Shown: positions 1 to 4,887 of the stretch, in pieces
How positions within the stretch are numbered: the stretch's first letter is position 1
Layout: each line of letters opens with the position of its first letter
Virus record (IMG/VR): IMGVR_UViG_2693429508_000001
Coordinates: 1 to 4,887 of that record
Length of the DNA stretch: 4,887 nt
Source of the DNA: a virus
Taxonomy: Duplodnaviria > Heunggongvirae > Uroviricota > Caudoviricetes
Strand: one strand, 5' to 3'
Notes under the pieces: generated by a model
What the model saw: only the letters and a program-made list of their open reading frames with translations
Told to the model about the DNA's origin: nothing
Database searches by the model: none
Program-made: the position numbers and the translations under genes

Positions 1-34
1 CCTCAAAAACACCATCATACACTAAATCAGTAAG

Positions 35-63
35 TTGGCAGCATCACCAAAATTGGTTATGCT
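35..63 (+). promoter_or_regulatory. Possible late promoter (pR'-like): TTGGCA, 17-nt spacer, TATGCT, upstream of the lysis cassette
   Basis: -35-like TTGGCA at 35-40 and -10-like TATGCT at 58-63 with a 17-nt spacer, placed where lambdoid phages carry pR'/qut ahead of S. Motif match only; no Q gene is visible in the window. Confidence 0.25.
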
Positions 64-93
64 GTTAAGAGTGGTTACTTCGTCACACAGCTT

Positions 94-126
94 AAACCCG
101 CCGTCGAGCGGGTTTTTCCATTTTTT
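94..126 (+). terminator. Intrinsic terminator hairpin in the late leader (tR'-like)
   Basis: Perfect 8-bp GC-rich stem AAACCCGC (94-101) / GCGGGTTT (108-115) with loop CGTCGA, followed by TT-CCA-TTTTTT (116-126). It lies about 110 bp upstream of the holin start, as expected for a Q-antiterminated late leader. Confidence 0.45.
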
Positions 127-238
127 GAGTCTCGATATTAGCTGATAACCCAATACCTGAGTTATTCACTGACTCCGAGTCTGTTACGTTTCGTAGTATT
201 CCCTCAATTTACACCCGCTTTGTCTGCGAGGTGGGGTT

Positions 239-454
239 ATGAAATCCATGGATAAGTTAACAACGGGTGTCGCCTATGGCACCTCAGCAGGTAGTGCCGG
301 GTACTGGTTTTTACAGCTGCTAGATAAAGTCACGCCCTCACAGTGGGCGGCAATTGGAGTGCTGGGTAGCCTGGTATTTGGCCTGCTGACGTACCTGACA
401 AACCTTTATTTCAAGATTAAAGAAGATAAGCGCAAGGCTGCGAGAGGTGGATAA
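239..454 (+). CDS. S: Class II holin / pinholin (phage 21 S-like) with dual-start motif
   Basis: 71-aa ORF starting MKSMDK (Met1 at 239, Met4 at 248), the dual-start arrangement that gives antiholin and holin in S21-type pinholins. It has a Gly/Ala/Ser-rich first transmembrane segment ([16 protein letters not shown]), a second hydrophobic segment ([18 protein letters not shown]) and a basic C-terminus. GAGGTGGGG Shine-Dalgarno at 225-235. Stop TAA at 452-454 overlaps the next start. Confidence 0.9.
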
Positions 455-951
455 TGCCTCCATCATTACGAAAAGCTGTTGCTGCTGCTATTGGTGGCGG
501 GGCTATTGCTATAGCATCTGTGTTAATCACTGGCCCAGGTGGTAACGATGGTCTGGAAGGTGTGAGACATAATCCTTACAAAGAAATAGTTGGTGTATGG
601 ACTGTATGTTACGGGCATACAGGAAAAGACATCATTCCCGGTAAAACGTATACCGAAGCAGAGTGCAAAGCCCTCCTGAATAAAGACCTTGCCACTGTCG
701 CCAGACAAATTAACCCGTACATCAAAGTCGATATACCGGAAACAACGCGCGGCGCTCTTTACTCGTTCGTCTACAACGTGGGTGCTGGCAATTTCAGAAC
801 ATCGACGCTTCTTCGCAAAATAAACCAGGGTGATATTAAAGGCGCATGTGATCAGCTACGGCGCTGGACATACGCTGGCGGTAATCAATGGAAAGGACTG
901 ATGACTCGCCGTGAGATTGAGCGTGAAGTCTGTTTGTGGGGGAAACAATGA
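454..951 (+). CDS. R: SAR endolysin (T4-lysozyme-like muramidase with N-terminal signal-anchor-release domain; R21 / RrrD-like)
   Basis: 165-aa ORF whose ATG overlaps the holin stop (TAATG). The N-terminus [21 protein letters not shown] is a weakly hydrophobic Gly/Ala-rich SAR segment. It is followed by a lysozyme-like core with Glu35 and Thr50 in the E-8-X-5-T spacing and conserved blocks [18 protein letters not shown] and [10 protein letters not shown]. Classic pinholin plus SAR-endolysin pairing. Confidence 0.9.
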   Translation: MPPSLRKAVAAAIGGGAIAIASVLITGPGGNDGLEGVRHNPYKEIVGVWTVCYGHTGKDIIPGKTYTEAECKALLNKDLATVARQINPYIKVDIPETTRGALYSFVYNVGAGNFRTSTLLRKINQGDIKGACDQLRRWTYAGGNQWKGLMTRREIEREVCLWGKQ

Positions 952-1406
952 GCAGAGTAACCGCGATTATCTCCGCTCTGGTTATCTGCATCATCGTCCG
1001 CCTGTCATTGGCTGTTAATCATTACCGTGATAACGCAATCGCCTACAAAGAGCAGCGCGATAACAAGGCCAGTGAACTGGAGAAGGCGAACGCCACCATC
1101 GCTGACATGCGGAAGCGTCAACGTGATGTAGCAGAACTCGACGCAAGATACATAAAGGAGCTTGCTGATGCTAACGCGACTATCGAAAGTCTCCGTGCTG
1201 ATGTTTCTGCTGGGCGTAAGCGCCTGCAAGTCGCCGCCACCTGTGCAAAGTCAACGACCGGAGCCAGCGGCATGGGCGATGGAGAAAGCCCAGGACTTAC
1301 AGCAGATGCTGAACTCAATTATTACCGTCTCCGAAGTGGAATCGACAAGATAACCGCGCAGGTTAACTACCTGCAGGAATACATCAGGACGCAATGCCTG
1401 AAATAA
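948..1406 (+). CDS. Rz: Rz i-spanin (inner-membrane spanin subunit)
   Basis: ATG at 948 overlaps the endolysin stop (ATGA at 948-951). The six-frame track's 936 start is a GTG extension and less likely. N-terminal transmembrane segment [14 protein letters not shown], coiled-coil-like charged middle, and a C-terminus LQEYIRTQC resembling lambda Rz. Third position in the lysis cassette. Confidence 0.85.
   Translation: MSRVTAIISALVICIIVRLSLAVNHYRDNAIAYKEQRDNKASELEKANATIADMRKRQRDVAELDARYIKELADANATIESLRADVSAGRKRLQVAATCAKSTTGASGMGDGESPGLTADAELNYYRLRSGIDKITAQVNYLQEYIRTQCLK
1168..1353 (+). CDS. Rz1: Rz1 o-spanin lipoprotein, embedded in the +1 frame of Rz
   Basis: ORF wholly inside Rz in another frame. 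AAGGAG at 1155-1160 sits 7 nt upstream of ATG 1168. Signal peptide [19 protein letters not shown] with lipobox-like VSAC (Cys21), then a proline-rich mature region [16 protein letters not shown] typical of Rz1. The track's 1162 start is TTG; ATG 1168 is preferred. Confidence 0.7.
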   Translation: MLTRLSKVSVLMFLLGVSACKSPPPVQSQRPEPAAWAMEKAQDLQQMLNSIITVSEVESTR

Positions 1407-1436
1407 TTTTTTTGCAAATCACAAAGTCCATTTAAT

Positions 1437-1460
1437 GAGCCTCGCGATGCGGGGCTTTTT
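1437..1460 (+). terminator. Intrinsic terminator downstream of Rz
   Basis: Stem GCCTCGC (1439-1445) / GCGGGGC (1449-1455) with one U-G wobble, loop GAT, followed by TTTTT (1456-1460). Begins 31 nt after the Rz stop. Confidence 0.5.
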
Positions 1461-1467
1461 GCAATAA

Positions 1468-1492
1468 ATGCGTACCGCAACGCATGTTTTTT
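1468..1492 (+). terminator. Second tandem intrinsic terminator
   Basis: Perfect 6-bp stem ATGCGT (1468-1473) / ACGCAT (1480-1485), loop ACCGCA, then G plus TTTTTT (1487-1492). Confidence 0.45.
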
Positions 1493-1607
1493 ACACCGAA
1501 CCTGCCCCTTTGGAATGGGCCTTTGAGGATACCAGTTAGTGCTGGCGAGCCTCGGTGGGCTGGTTTCCTGTGCGGCAAAGGTTCATTTCAAAGAGTAGGT
1601 ACACGCT

Positions 1608-2105
1608 ATGAAATCATTAACCCTCTTCAATCAACCAATTCGTATCGGTGAAGATGGCATGATCTGCCTCACTGATATGTGGAAAGCCAGTGGTAAAAGT
1701 GAATCTGAATCGCCTTACCACTACCTGCGAAACAAGCAGACCAAAGAGTTCTTAGCCGAGCTGGAGAAAAACCACGAATCTGTGGTTTTTACTGAGCGCG
1801 GTGTACACGGTGGAACATATGGCGGGAAGTTTGTTGCTTACGATTATGCGGCTTGGTTAAACCCCGGGTTCAAGTACGCGGCCTATAAAGTCCTCGATGA
1901 CTACTTCACCGGAGAACTTCAGCATCGCAACAGCTTAAGTGCGCAGCTCAACATGAAATGTCATGAATTTGACCAGAAGAAAGACATGGCGAGCTTCTGC
2001 GGACAAGGGCTGGCAGCATGGCGCTATACGAAGCCAGTGTTGGTCGCTGAGATTAACTCCCTGGCTAACCAGCTGCAGATTACGATCCCCGGGCTTCCGG
2101 GATGA
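1608..2105 (+). CDS. KilA-N-domain protein (APSES-like DNA-binding fold; putative antirepressor / regulator)
   Basis: 165-aa ORF. The N-terminal 100 residues carry KilA-N-type blocks as I recall the family: MICLTDMWKASGK, YLRNKQTKEFLAEL, GGTYGGKFVAYDYAAWLNPGFKYAAY. The C-terminal 60 aa have no recognisable motif. Weak Shine-Dalgarno (AGAGTAGG). The stop overlaps the next ORF. Confidence 0.65.
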   Translation: MKSLTLFNQPIRIGEDGMICLTDMWKASGKSESESPYHYLRNKQTKEFLAELEKNHESVVFTERGVHGGTYGGKFVAYDYAAWLNPGFKYAAYKVLDDYFTGELQHRNSLSAQLNMKCHEFDQKKDMASFCGQGLAAWRYTKPVLVAEINSLANQLQITIPGLPG

Positions 2106-2359
2106 GTGATCATGTTATTGAATGCGCCTCCAGAGCGGGGCGCGACTTCTCAGAGTTCATGAAAGGCGAGAAGGGCATGATGGAAGCATTGGCCTCGGTG
2201 GATGAGTTTGGCGAGCAGCTGCGCCTCAACGGCTGTGTCAATCATCACTTTGTTAGCTACATGATGCGGAACTCGATCATGCAGGCATTCATGGACATGG
2301 CAAAAGCCGAGAGGAAAGAAGAGCGCCGGCGTAAGCGAGCGGAAGCAAAAGCGAAGTAG
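2102..2359 (+). CDS. Hypothetical 85-aa protein with Lys/Arg-rich C-terminal tail, translationally coupled to the KilA-N gene
   Basis: ATG 2102 overlaps the TGA of the upstream ORF (ATGA). The 85 codons are not interrupted. C-terminus KAERKEERRRKRAEAKAK is strongly basic. No recognisable family; internal Met codons (M20, M26/27) are alternative starts. Confidence 0.45.
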   Translation: MSDHVIECASRAGRDFSEFMKGEKGMMEALASVDEFGEQLRLNGCVNHHFVSYMMRNSIMQAFMDMAKAERKEERRRKRAEAKAK

Positions 2360-2583
2360 CCATTACAAAGCCCATTTACGGGTGGGCTTGATAATGAAAC
2401 CGGAATTTATTCTGGGCCACCAGTTAACGGCAGTACCACGAAACAACCCAAGCCAGTAAGTGGGGAAATAACACCGGCAGCCACTGAAAGATGAACCTCC
2501 TGCCTTATGGCAAAAAAGATTCTTTGTGGTGGCGGACTGATGGAAAGACATCCCAATTTCAGCCAAACATTGAAGGAGTTGTT

Positions 2584-2655
2584 ATGTCAGCAGAAGGTTT
2601 CAATAACCCATCAAAATTCCGGGATGAGTGGGATAGCAGCGTAAAGAGTAAGTGA
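2584..2655 (+). CDS. Candidate micro-ORF (23 aa, MSAEGFNNPSKFRDEWDSSVKSK) with strong Shine-Dalgarno; in-frame upstream ATG at 2491 would give 54 aa
   Basis: Consensus AAGGAG at 2573-2578 sits 5 nt upstream of ATG 2584. The ORF ends at TGA 2653-2655, immediately before the hairpin motif. Below the six-frame track's length cut-off. No homology recognised. Confidence 0.25.
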   Translation: MSAEGFNNPSKFRDEWDSSVKSK

Positions 2656-2656
2656 T

Positions 2657-2784
2657 GCCATCACAAAAGCCATTCCCTACAGAGTGGCTTTGATAATGGC
2701 TTATACCCTACACGGGATAACTTAACTGATATCCCTTTTAAAGGATAAAGGTATTCAAGCCTGACACATCATGCGCTGTATCGT
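2657..2784. repeat. 128-bp segment, copy 1 of a near-identical direct repeat (copy 2 at 3391-3518); begins with a 9-bp-stem hairpin
   Basis: 2657-2784 and 3391-3518 differ at only about 3 positions, all within the hairpin arm and loop. Copy 1 is cut off by the IS2 end at 2785; copy 2 continues into the pre-cos sequence. Confidence 0.9.
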
Positions 2785-3057
2785 TAGACTGGCCCCCTGA
2801 ATCTCCAGACAACCAGTATCACTTAAATAAGTGATAGTCTTAATACTAGTTTTTAGACTAGTCATTGGAGTACAGATGATTGATGTCTTAGGGCCGGAGA
2901 AACGCAGACGGCGTACCACACAGGAAAAGATCGCAATTGTTCAGCAGAGCTTTGAACCGGGGATGACGGTCTCCCTCGTTGCCCGGCAACATGGTGTAGC
3001 AGCCAGCCAGTTATTTCTCTGGCGTAAGCAATACCAGGAAGGAAGTCTTACTGCTGT
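2785..3057 (+). mobile_element. IS2 (IS3 family) left end: terminal inverted repeat plus 5' part of orfA, truncated by the N gap
   Basis: Sequence from 2785, TAGACTGGCCCCCTGAATCTCCAGACAACCAGTATCACTTAAATAAGTGATAGTCTTAATACTAGTTTTTAGACTAGTCATTGGAG, matches the IS2 left terminus as I recall it, followed by the InsC reading frame. Only the left 273 bp of the element are present. Confidence 0.85.
2876..3057 (+). CDS. insC: IS2 transposase OrfA (InsC), N-terminal 60 codons; 3' end lost in the assembly gap
   Basis: Translation [60 protein letters not shown] is the recognisable IS2 InsC N-terminus with its helix-turn-helix. GGAG sits 5 nt upstream of ATG 2876. The track's 2831 start is an artefactual upstream extension. 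Confidence 0.85.
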
Positions 3058-3088
3058 NNNNNNNNNNNNNNNNNNNNNNNNNNNNNNN
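3058..3088. other. Run of 31 N: assembly or scaffold gap
   Basis: 31 consecutive ambiguous bases. Sequence before the gap is IS2; sequence after it is the 3' end of an Rz-like gene. The junction is not biological sequence. Confidence 0.95.
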
Positions 3089-3190
3089 GTTGCTGGACGA
3101 AACGTTCTCGGTATCCGGGACGGAATTATCCGCGACCAAACAGCACTGAGAACGCTTCAGGAATACATCAGGACGCAATGCCTTCGATGA
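3089..3190 (+). pseudogene. 3' fragment (33 codons) of a second, divergent Rz-like spanin gene
   Basis: Translation ends [11 protein letters not shown]-stop against [11 protein letters not shown]-stop for the intact Rz at 948-1406. The last 30 nt are near-identical to 1370-1399, but upstream residues and downstream DNA differ, so this is a different allele or locus copy. Confidence 0.6.
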
Positions 3191-3364
3191 TAGCGATAAT
3201 TTTACTCATCATCCTTCACATCTGGCTCTGTAGACAGGGTGGTGCTCACTTCTGGAGTGAATCCAGATTAAACATCTCATTGCTGATGCTTGATATTGAG
3301 CATTTTGCGCGCGGTAAGGGGCTGCGTTGAGATAAGAGCCAGTCATTACAAATACCAGGATTTA

Positions 3365-3387
3365 GCCTCGCATTCGCGGGGCTTTTT
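3365..3387 (+). terminator. Intrinsic terminator, paralogous to the one at 1437-1460
   Basis: Same stem GCCTCGC (3365-3371) / GCGGGGC (3376-3382) with loop ATTC, followed by TTTTT (3383-3387). Confidence 0.5.
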
Positions 3388-3390
3388 ATT

Positions 3391-3518
3391 GCCATTACAA
3401 AAGCCACTTCCTACAGAGTGGCTTTGATAATGGCTTATACCCTACACGGGATAACTTAACTGATATCCCTTTTAAAGGATAAAGGTATTCAAGCCTGACA
3501 CATCATGCGCTGTATCGT
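3391..3518. repeat. 128-bp segment, copy 2 of the direct repeat; perfect 9-bp hairpin AAAGCCACT / AGTGGCTTT at 3400-3425
   Basis: Near-identical to 2657-2784. Here it continues uninterrupted into the pre-cos segment (CGCCGTATTCCC...). Confidence 0.9.
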
Positions 3519-3812
3519 CGCCGTATTCCCGTATTAACCATGACCGTAGCCCGACGGGGAACTCCTTCTGCGCGAGTGTGCGGGAATAATCAAAAACGAT
3601 GCACACCGGGTTTTTACCGCGTTTATGGTTCGCGGGTTTGTCCCTCATGCTCGCCAGTCCTGTGCGGGGGTGGAAGAAACAGGACACTTACACTGATTCT
3701 TGTGGGTACGATGCTATTCCTTTCTGGATTATCCCGATGTCATTCATGCAGGGCGCTGTATCAGACGTTCGTCATGGCTGTCAGGCTGACGGGTCCTCCC
3801 GGTGGGGTGGCC

Positions 3813-3835
3813 TGCCACGGGGCGGGAGCGGCGCG
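3813..3835. promoter_or_regulatory. Possible degenerate cos-like site, about 185 bp upstream of the terminase small subunit
   Basis: CACGGGGCGGGAGCGGCGCGG resembles the lambda end junction ACG-GGGCGGCGACCT-CGCGG as I recall it, and is followed by an AT-rich stretch with TTCGTCATCAC (3862) and TTCATCACTAAC (3939) elements at a cosB-like distance. The exact GGGCGGCGACCT 12-mer is not present. Confidence 0.25.
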
Positions 3836-4005
3836 GAAAAAGGCTAGTTTTTGAAATTTCATTCGTCATCACCACTACTGTAATGGATTGATATTACAGT
3901 GGTTTTATTTTTATGGTGTCGATTTTGATTGTTTTTTGTTCATCACTAACACCGTTTGCCTAAAGTTGTTCGCAAGATGCATGTTTAAAACATTCTGGAG
4001 CGGGT

Positions 4006-4500
4006 ATGGATCGAGAGTTAAAAAATCTGACGCTGAATATCAGTCAACTGGCGGCACTGTCAGGTGTACATCGCCAGACTGCTGCGGCAAGGCTGCAAAA
4101 TCTACCCGTTGCAGGGGGGCATGAAAGCAACCTCAAGCTTTATCGGGTGGTTGATATTGTGTCGGCATTTCTGGCATTACCACCGCCGGTTGCAGAAGGC
4201 GAAATGGACGCGCATGAGCGCAAAGCCTGGTATCAGTCTGAACGTGAGCGTCTTAAGTTCGAACAGGAAACGGCACAACTCATTCCGGCCAGTGATGTCA
4301 GACGGGAGTTTGCCATCTGGGCAAAAGCGGTCGTGCAGGTGCTGGAGACATTACCGGATATTCTTGAACGTGACTGCGGTCTGCAGCCTGCCGCTGTGAG
4401 CCGTGTTCAGTCCATTATTGATGATCTGCGCGATCAGATAGCCCTGCGGGTGACTGAAGCAGGTGCGGATGATGAGGAGGAATTACAGCAGGAGGAGTAA
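4006..4500 (+). CDS. Terminase small subunit (Nu1-like DNA-packaging protein)
   Basis: 164-aa ORF with GGAG 5 nt upstream of the ATG. N-terminal helix-turn-helix-like LNISQLAALSGVHRQTAAARL and the pattern PVxxGG...Y...V parallel lambda Nu1 residues 5-50. Acidic C-terminus. The stop overlaps the start of a gpA-like ORF (TAATG). Confidence 0.8.
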   Translation: MDRELKNLTLNISQLAALSGVHRQTAAARLQNLPVAGGHESNLKLYRVVDIVSAFLALPPPVAEGEMDAHERKAWYQSERERLKFEQETAQLIPASDVRREFAIWAKAVVQVLETLPDILERDCGLQPAAVSRVQSIIDDLRDQIALRVTEAGADDEEELQQEE

Positions 4501-4865
4501 TGCTGAATCAGGAAACCGCAAAGGCAGCACGAACCGATTCAGGTTATATCCTTCGCGCACCGAGACGAATGCGGGTTGCTGATGCCGTTGCTCAGTATAT
4601 GCGGGTGCCCATGGGGGCAGGGAACTCAGTCCCGTGGGATCCGCTGGTGGCACCGTATGTTATTGAGCCGATGAACTGCCTGGCCTCGCGTGAATACGAC
4701 GCAGTGATATTTGTTGGCCCGGCACGAACCGGCAAGACTATCGGCCTGATTGACGGCTGGGTGATTTACAACGTGATTTGCGATCCTGCTGATATGCTGA
4801 TTATTCAGATGACGGAGGAAAAAGCCCGCGAACACTCCAAAAAACGACTCGCCAGAATGAGGTAG
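4500..4865 (+). pseudogene. Terminase large subunit (gpA family) N-terminal 121 codons, ending at an in-frame TAG
   Basis: Translation aligns by eye with lambda gpA residues about 30-135 (window PYVIEPMNCLA against lambda PFQRAIMNAMG; window VGPARTGKTIGLIDGWVIY against lambda VKSARVGYSKMLLGVYAYF). Intact gpA proteins are about 640 aa. A TAG at 4863-4865 ends the frame, and the frame stays open for the 7 remaining codons before the window edge. Confidence 0.65.
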
Positions 4866-4887
4866 CCTGAGTTTAACGGACACTCCT

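Noticed and set aside
523-708. 61-aa minus-strand ORF inside the endolysin gene
   Set aside because: Fully antisense to a high-confidence CDS, with no ribosome-binding site and no recognisable motif. Typical shadow ORF.
936-947. GTG start at 936 for Rz, as given by the six-frame track
   Set aside because: ATG 948 overlaps the endolysin stop in the coupled arrangement typical of lysis cassettes. The GTG extension adds four residues with no support.
1005-1318. Minus-strand ORFs 1005..1229 and 1118..1318 antisense to Rz and Rz1
   Set aside because: Antisense shadow ORFs within a region where two plus-strand frames are already coding. Low-complexity Ser/Ala-rich translations.
1407-1607. Looked for a bor-like lipoprotein gene on the minus strand downstream of Rz, and for an obvious sigma-70 promoter for the KilA-N gene
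   Set aside because: No minus-strand ORF with a lipoprotein signal is present and no convincing -35/-10 pair was found. The KilA-N gene may depend on read-through or a non-canonical promoter.
2363-2566. 67-aa minus-strand ORF
   Set aside because: Overlaps the hairpin motif and intergenic DNA. Cys/Trp-rich nonsense-like translation with no ribosome-binding site.
2831-2875. Upstream extension of the IS2 orfA ORF ([15 protein letters not shown]...)
   Set aside because: This stretch lies inside the IS2 terminal repeat and leader. The recognised InsC start is MIDVLGPE at 2876, with a GGAG ribosome-binding site.
3058-3088. Reading the track ORF 2831..3190 as one protein (InsC fused to an Rz tail)
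   Set aside because: The frame only appears continuous because it runs through 31 N bases. The two halves belong to unrelated genes joined by an assembly gap.
3472-3854. ORFs 3472..3687 (-), 3540..3854 (+) and 3599..3847 (+) in the GC-rich pre-cos segment
   Set aside because: Three mutually overlapping ORFs in different frames, without ribosome-binding sites, in a GC-rich stretch. The apparent signal-peptide-like start of 3599..3847 is not frame-conserved relative to lambda as I recall it. Treated as non-coding.
3888-4399. ORFs 3888..4124 (+) and 4064..4399 (+)
   Set aside because: They overlap the Nu1-like gene in alternative frames or the AT-rich cosB-like region. Translations are Cys/Arg-rich with no ribosome-binding site.
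4626-4883. 85-aa minus-strand ORF antisense to the terminase large subunit fragment
   Set aside because: Antisense shadow of a recognisable gpA-family coding region.
1-4887. CRISPR arrays, tRNA or tmRNA genes, and the canonical lambda cosN 12-mer GGGCGGCGACCT
   Set aside because: No regularly spaced short repeats, no tRNA-like T-arm or acceptor pattern, and the exact cosN 12-mer is absent. Only a degenerate cos-like sequence at 3813-3835 was seen.

Overview
This window is the late-region junction of a lambdoid (phage 21 / DLP12-like) enterobacterial prophage, interrupted by IS2 and a 31-N assembly gap. In order: a late-promoter leader with a tR'-like terminator; a translationally coupled lysis cassette (dual-start pinholin S, SAR endolysin R, Rz with embedded Rz1); two intrinsic terminators; a ~1.2 kb accessory insert carrying a KilA-N-domain protein, an overlapping 85-aa basic protein and a tiny ORF; a 128-bp segment that recurs about 730 bp downstream; the left end of IS2 (terminal repeat plus 5' part of insC) running into the N gap; a second, divergent Rz 3' fragment with its own terminator; a GC-rich apparently non-coding pre-cos segment and degenerate cos-like region; and a Nu1-like terminase small subunit followed by a gpA-like terminase large subunit N-terminus that ends at an in-frame amber codon. 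The most promising candidate for something undescribed is the KilA-N plus small basic protein cassette sitting in the classic moron position between Rz and cos. Also notable are a hairpin motif present three times with compensatory stem changes, and the non-coding pre-cos segment. All family assignments rest on reading the translations and on memory of family hallmarks; no database search was run.
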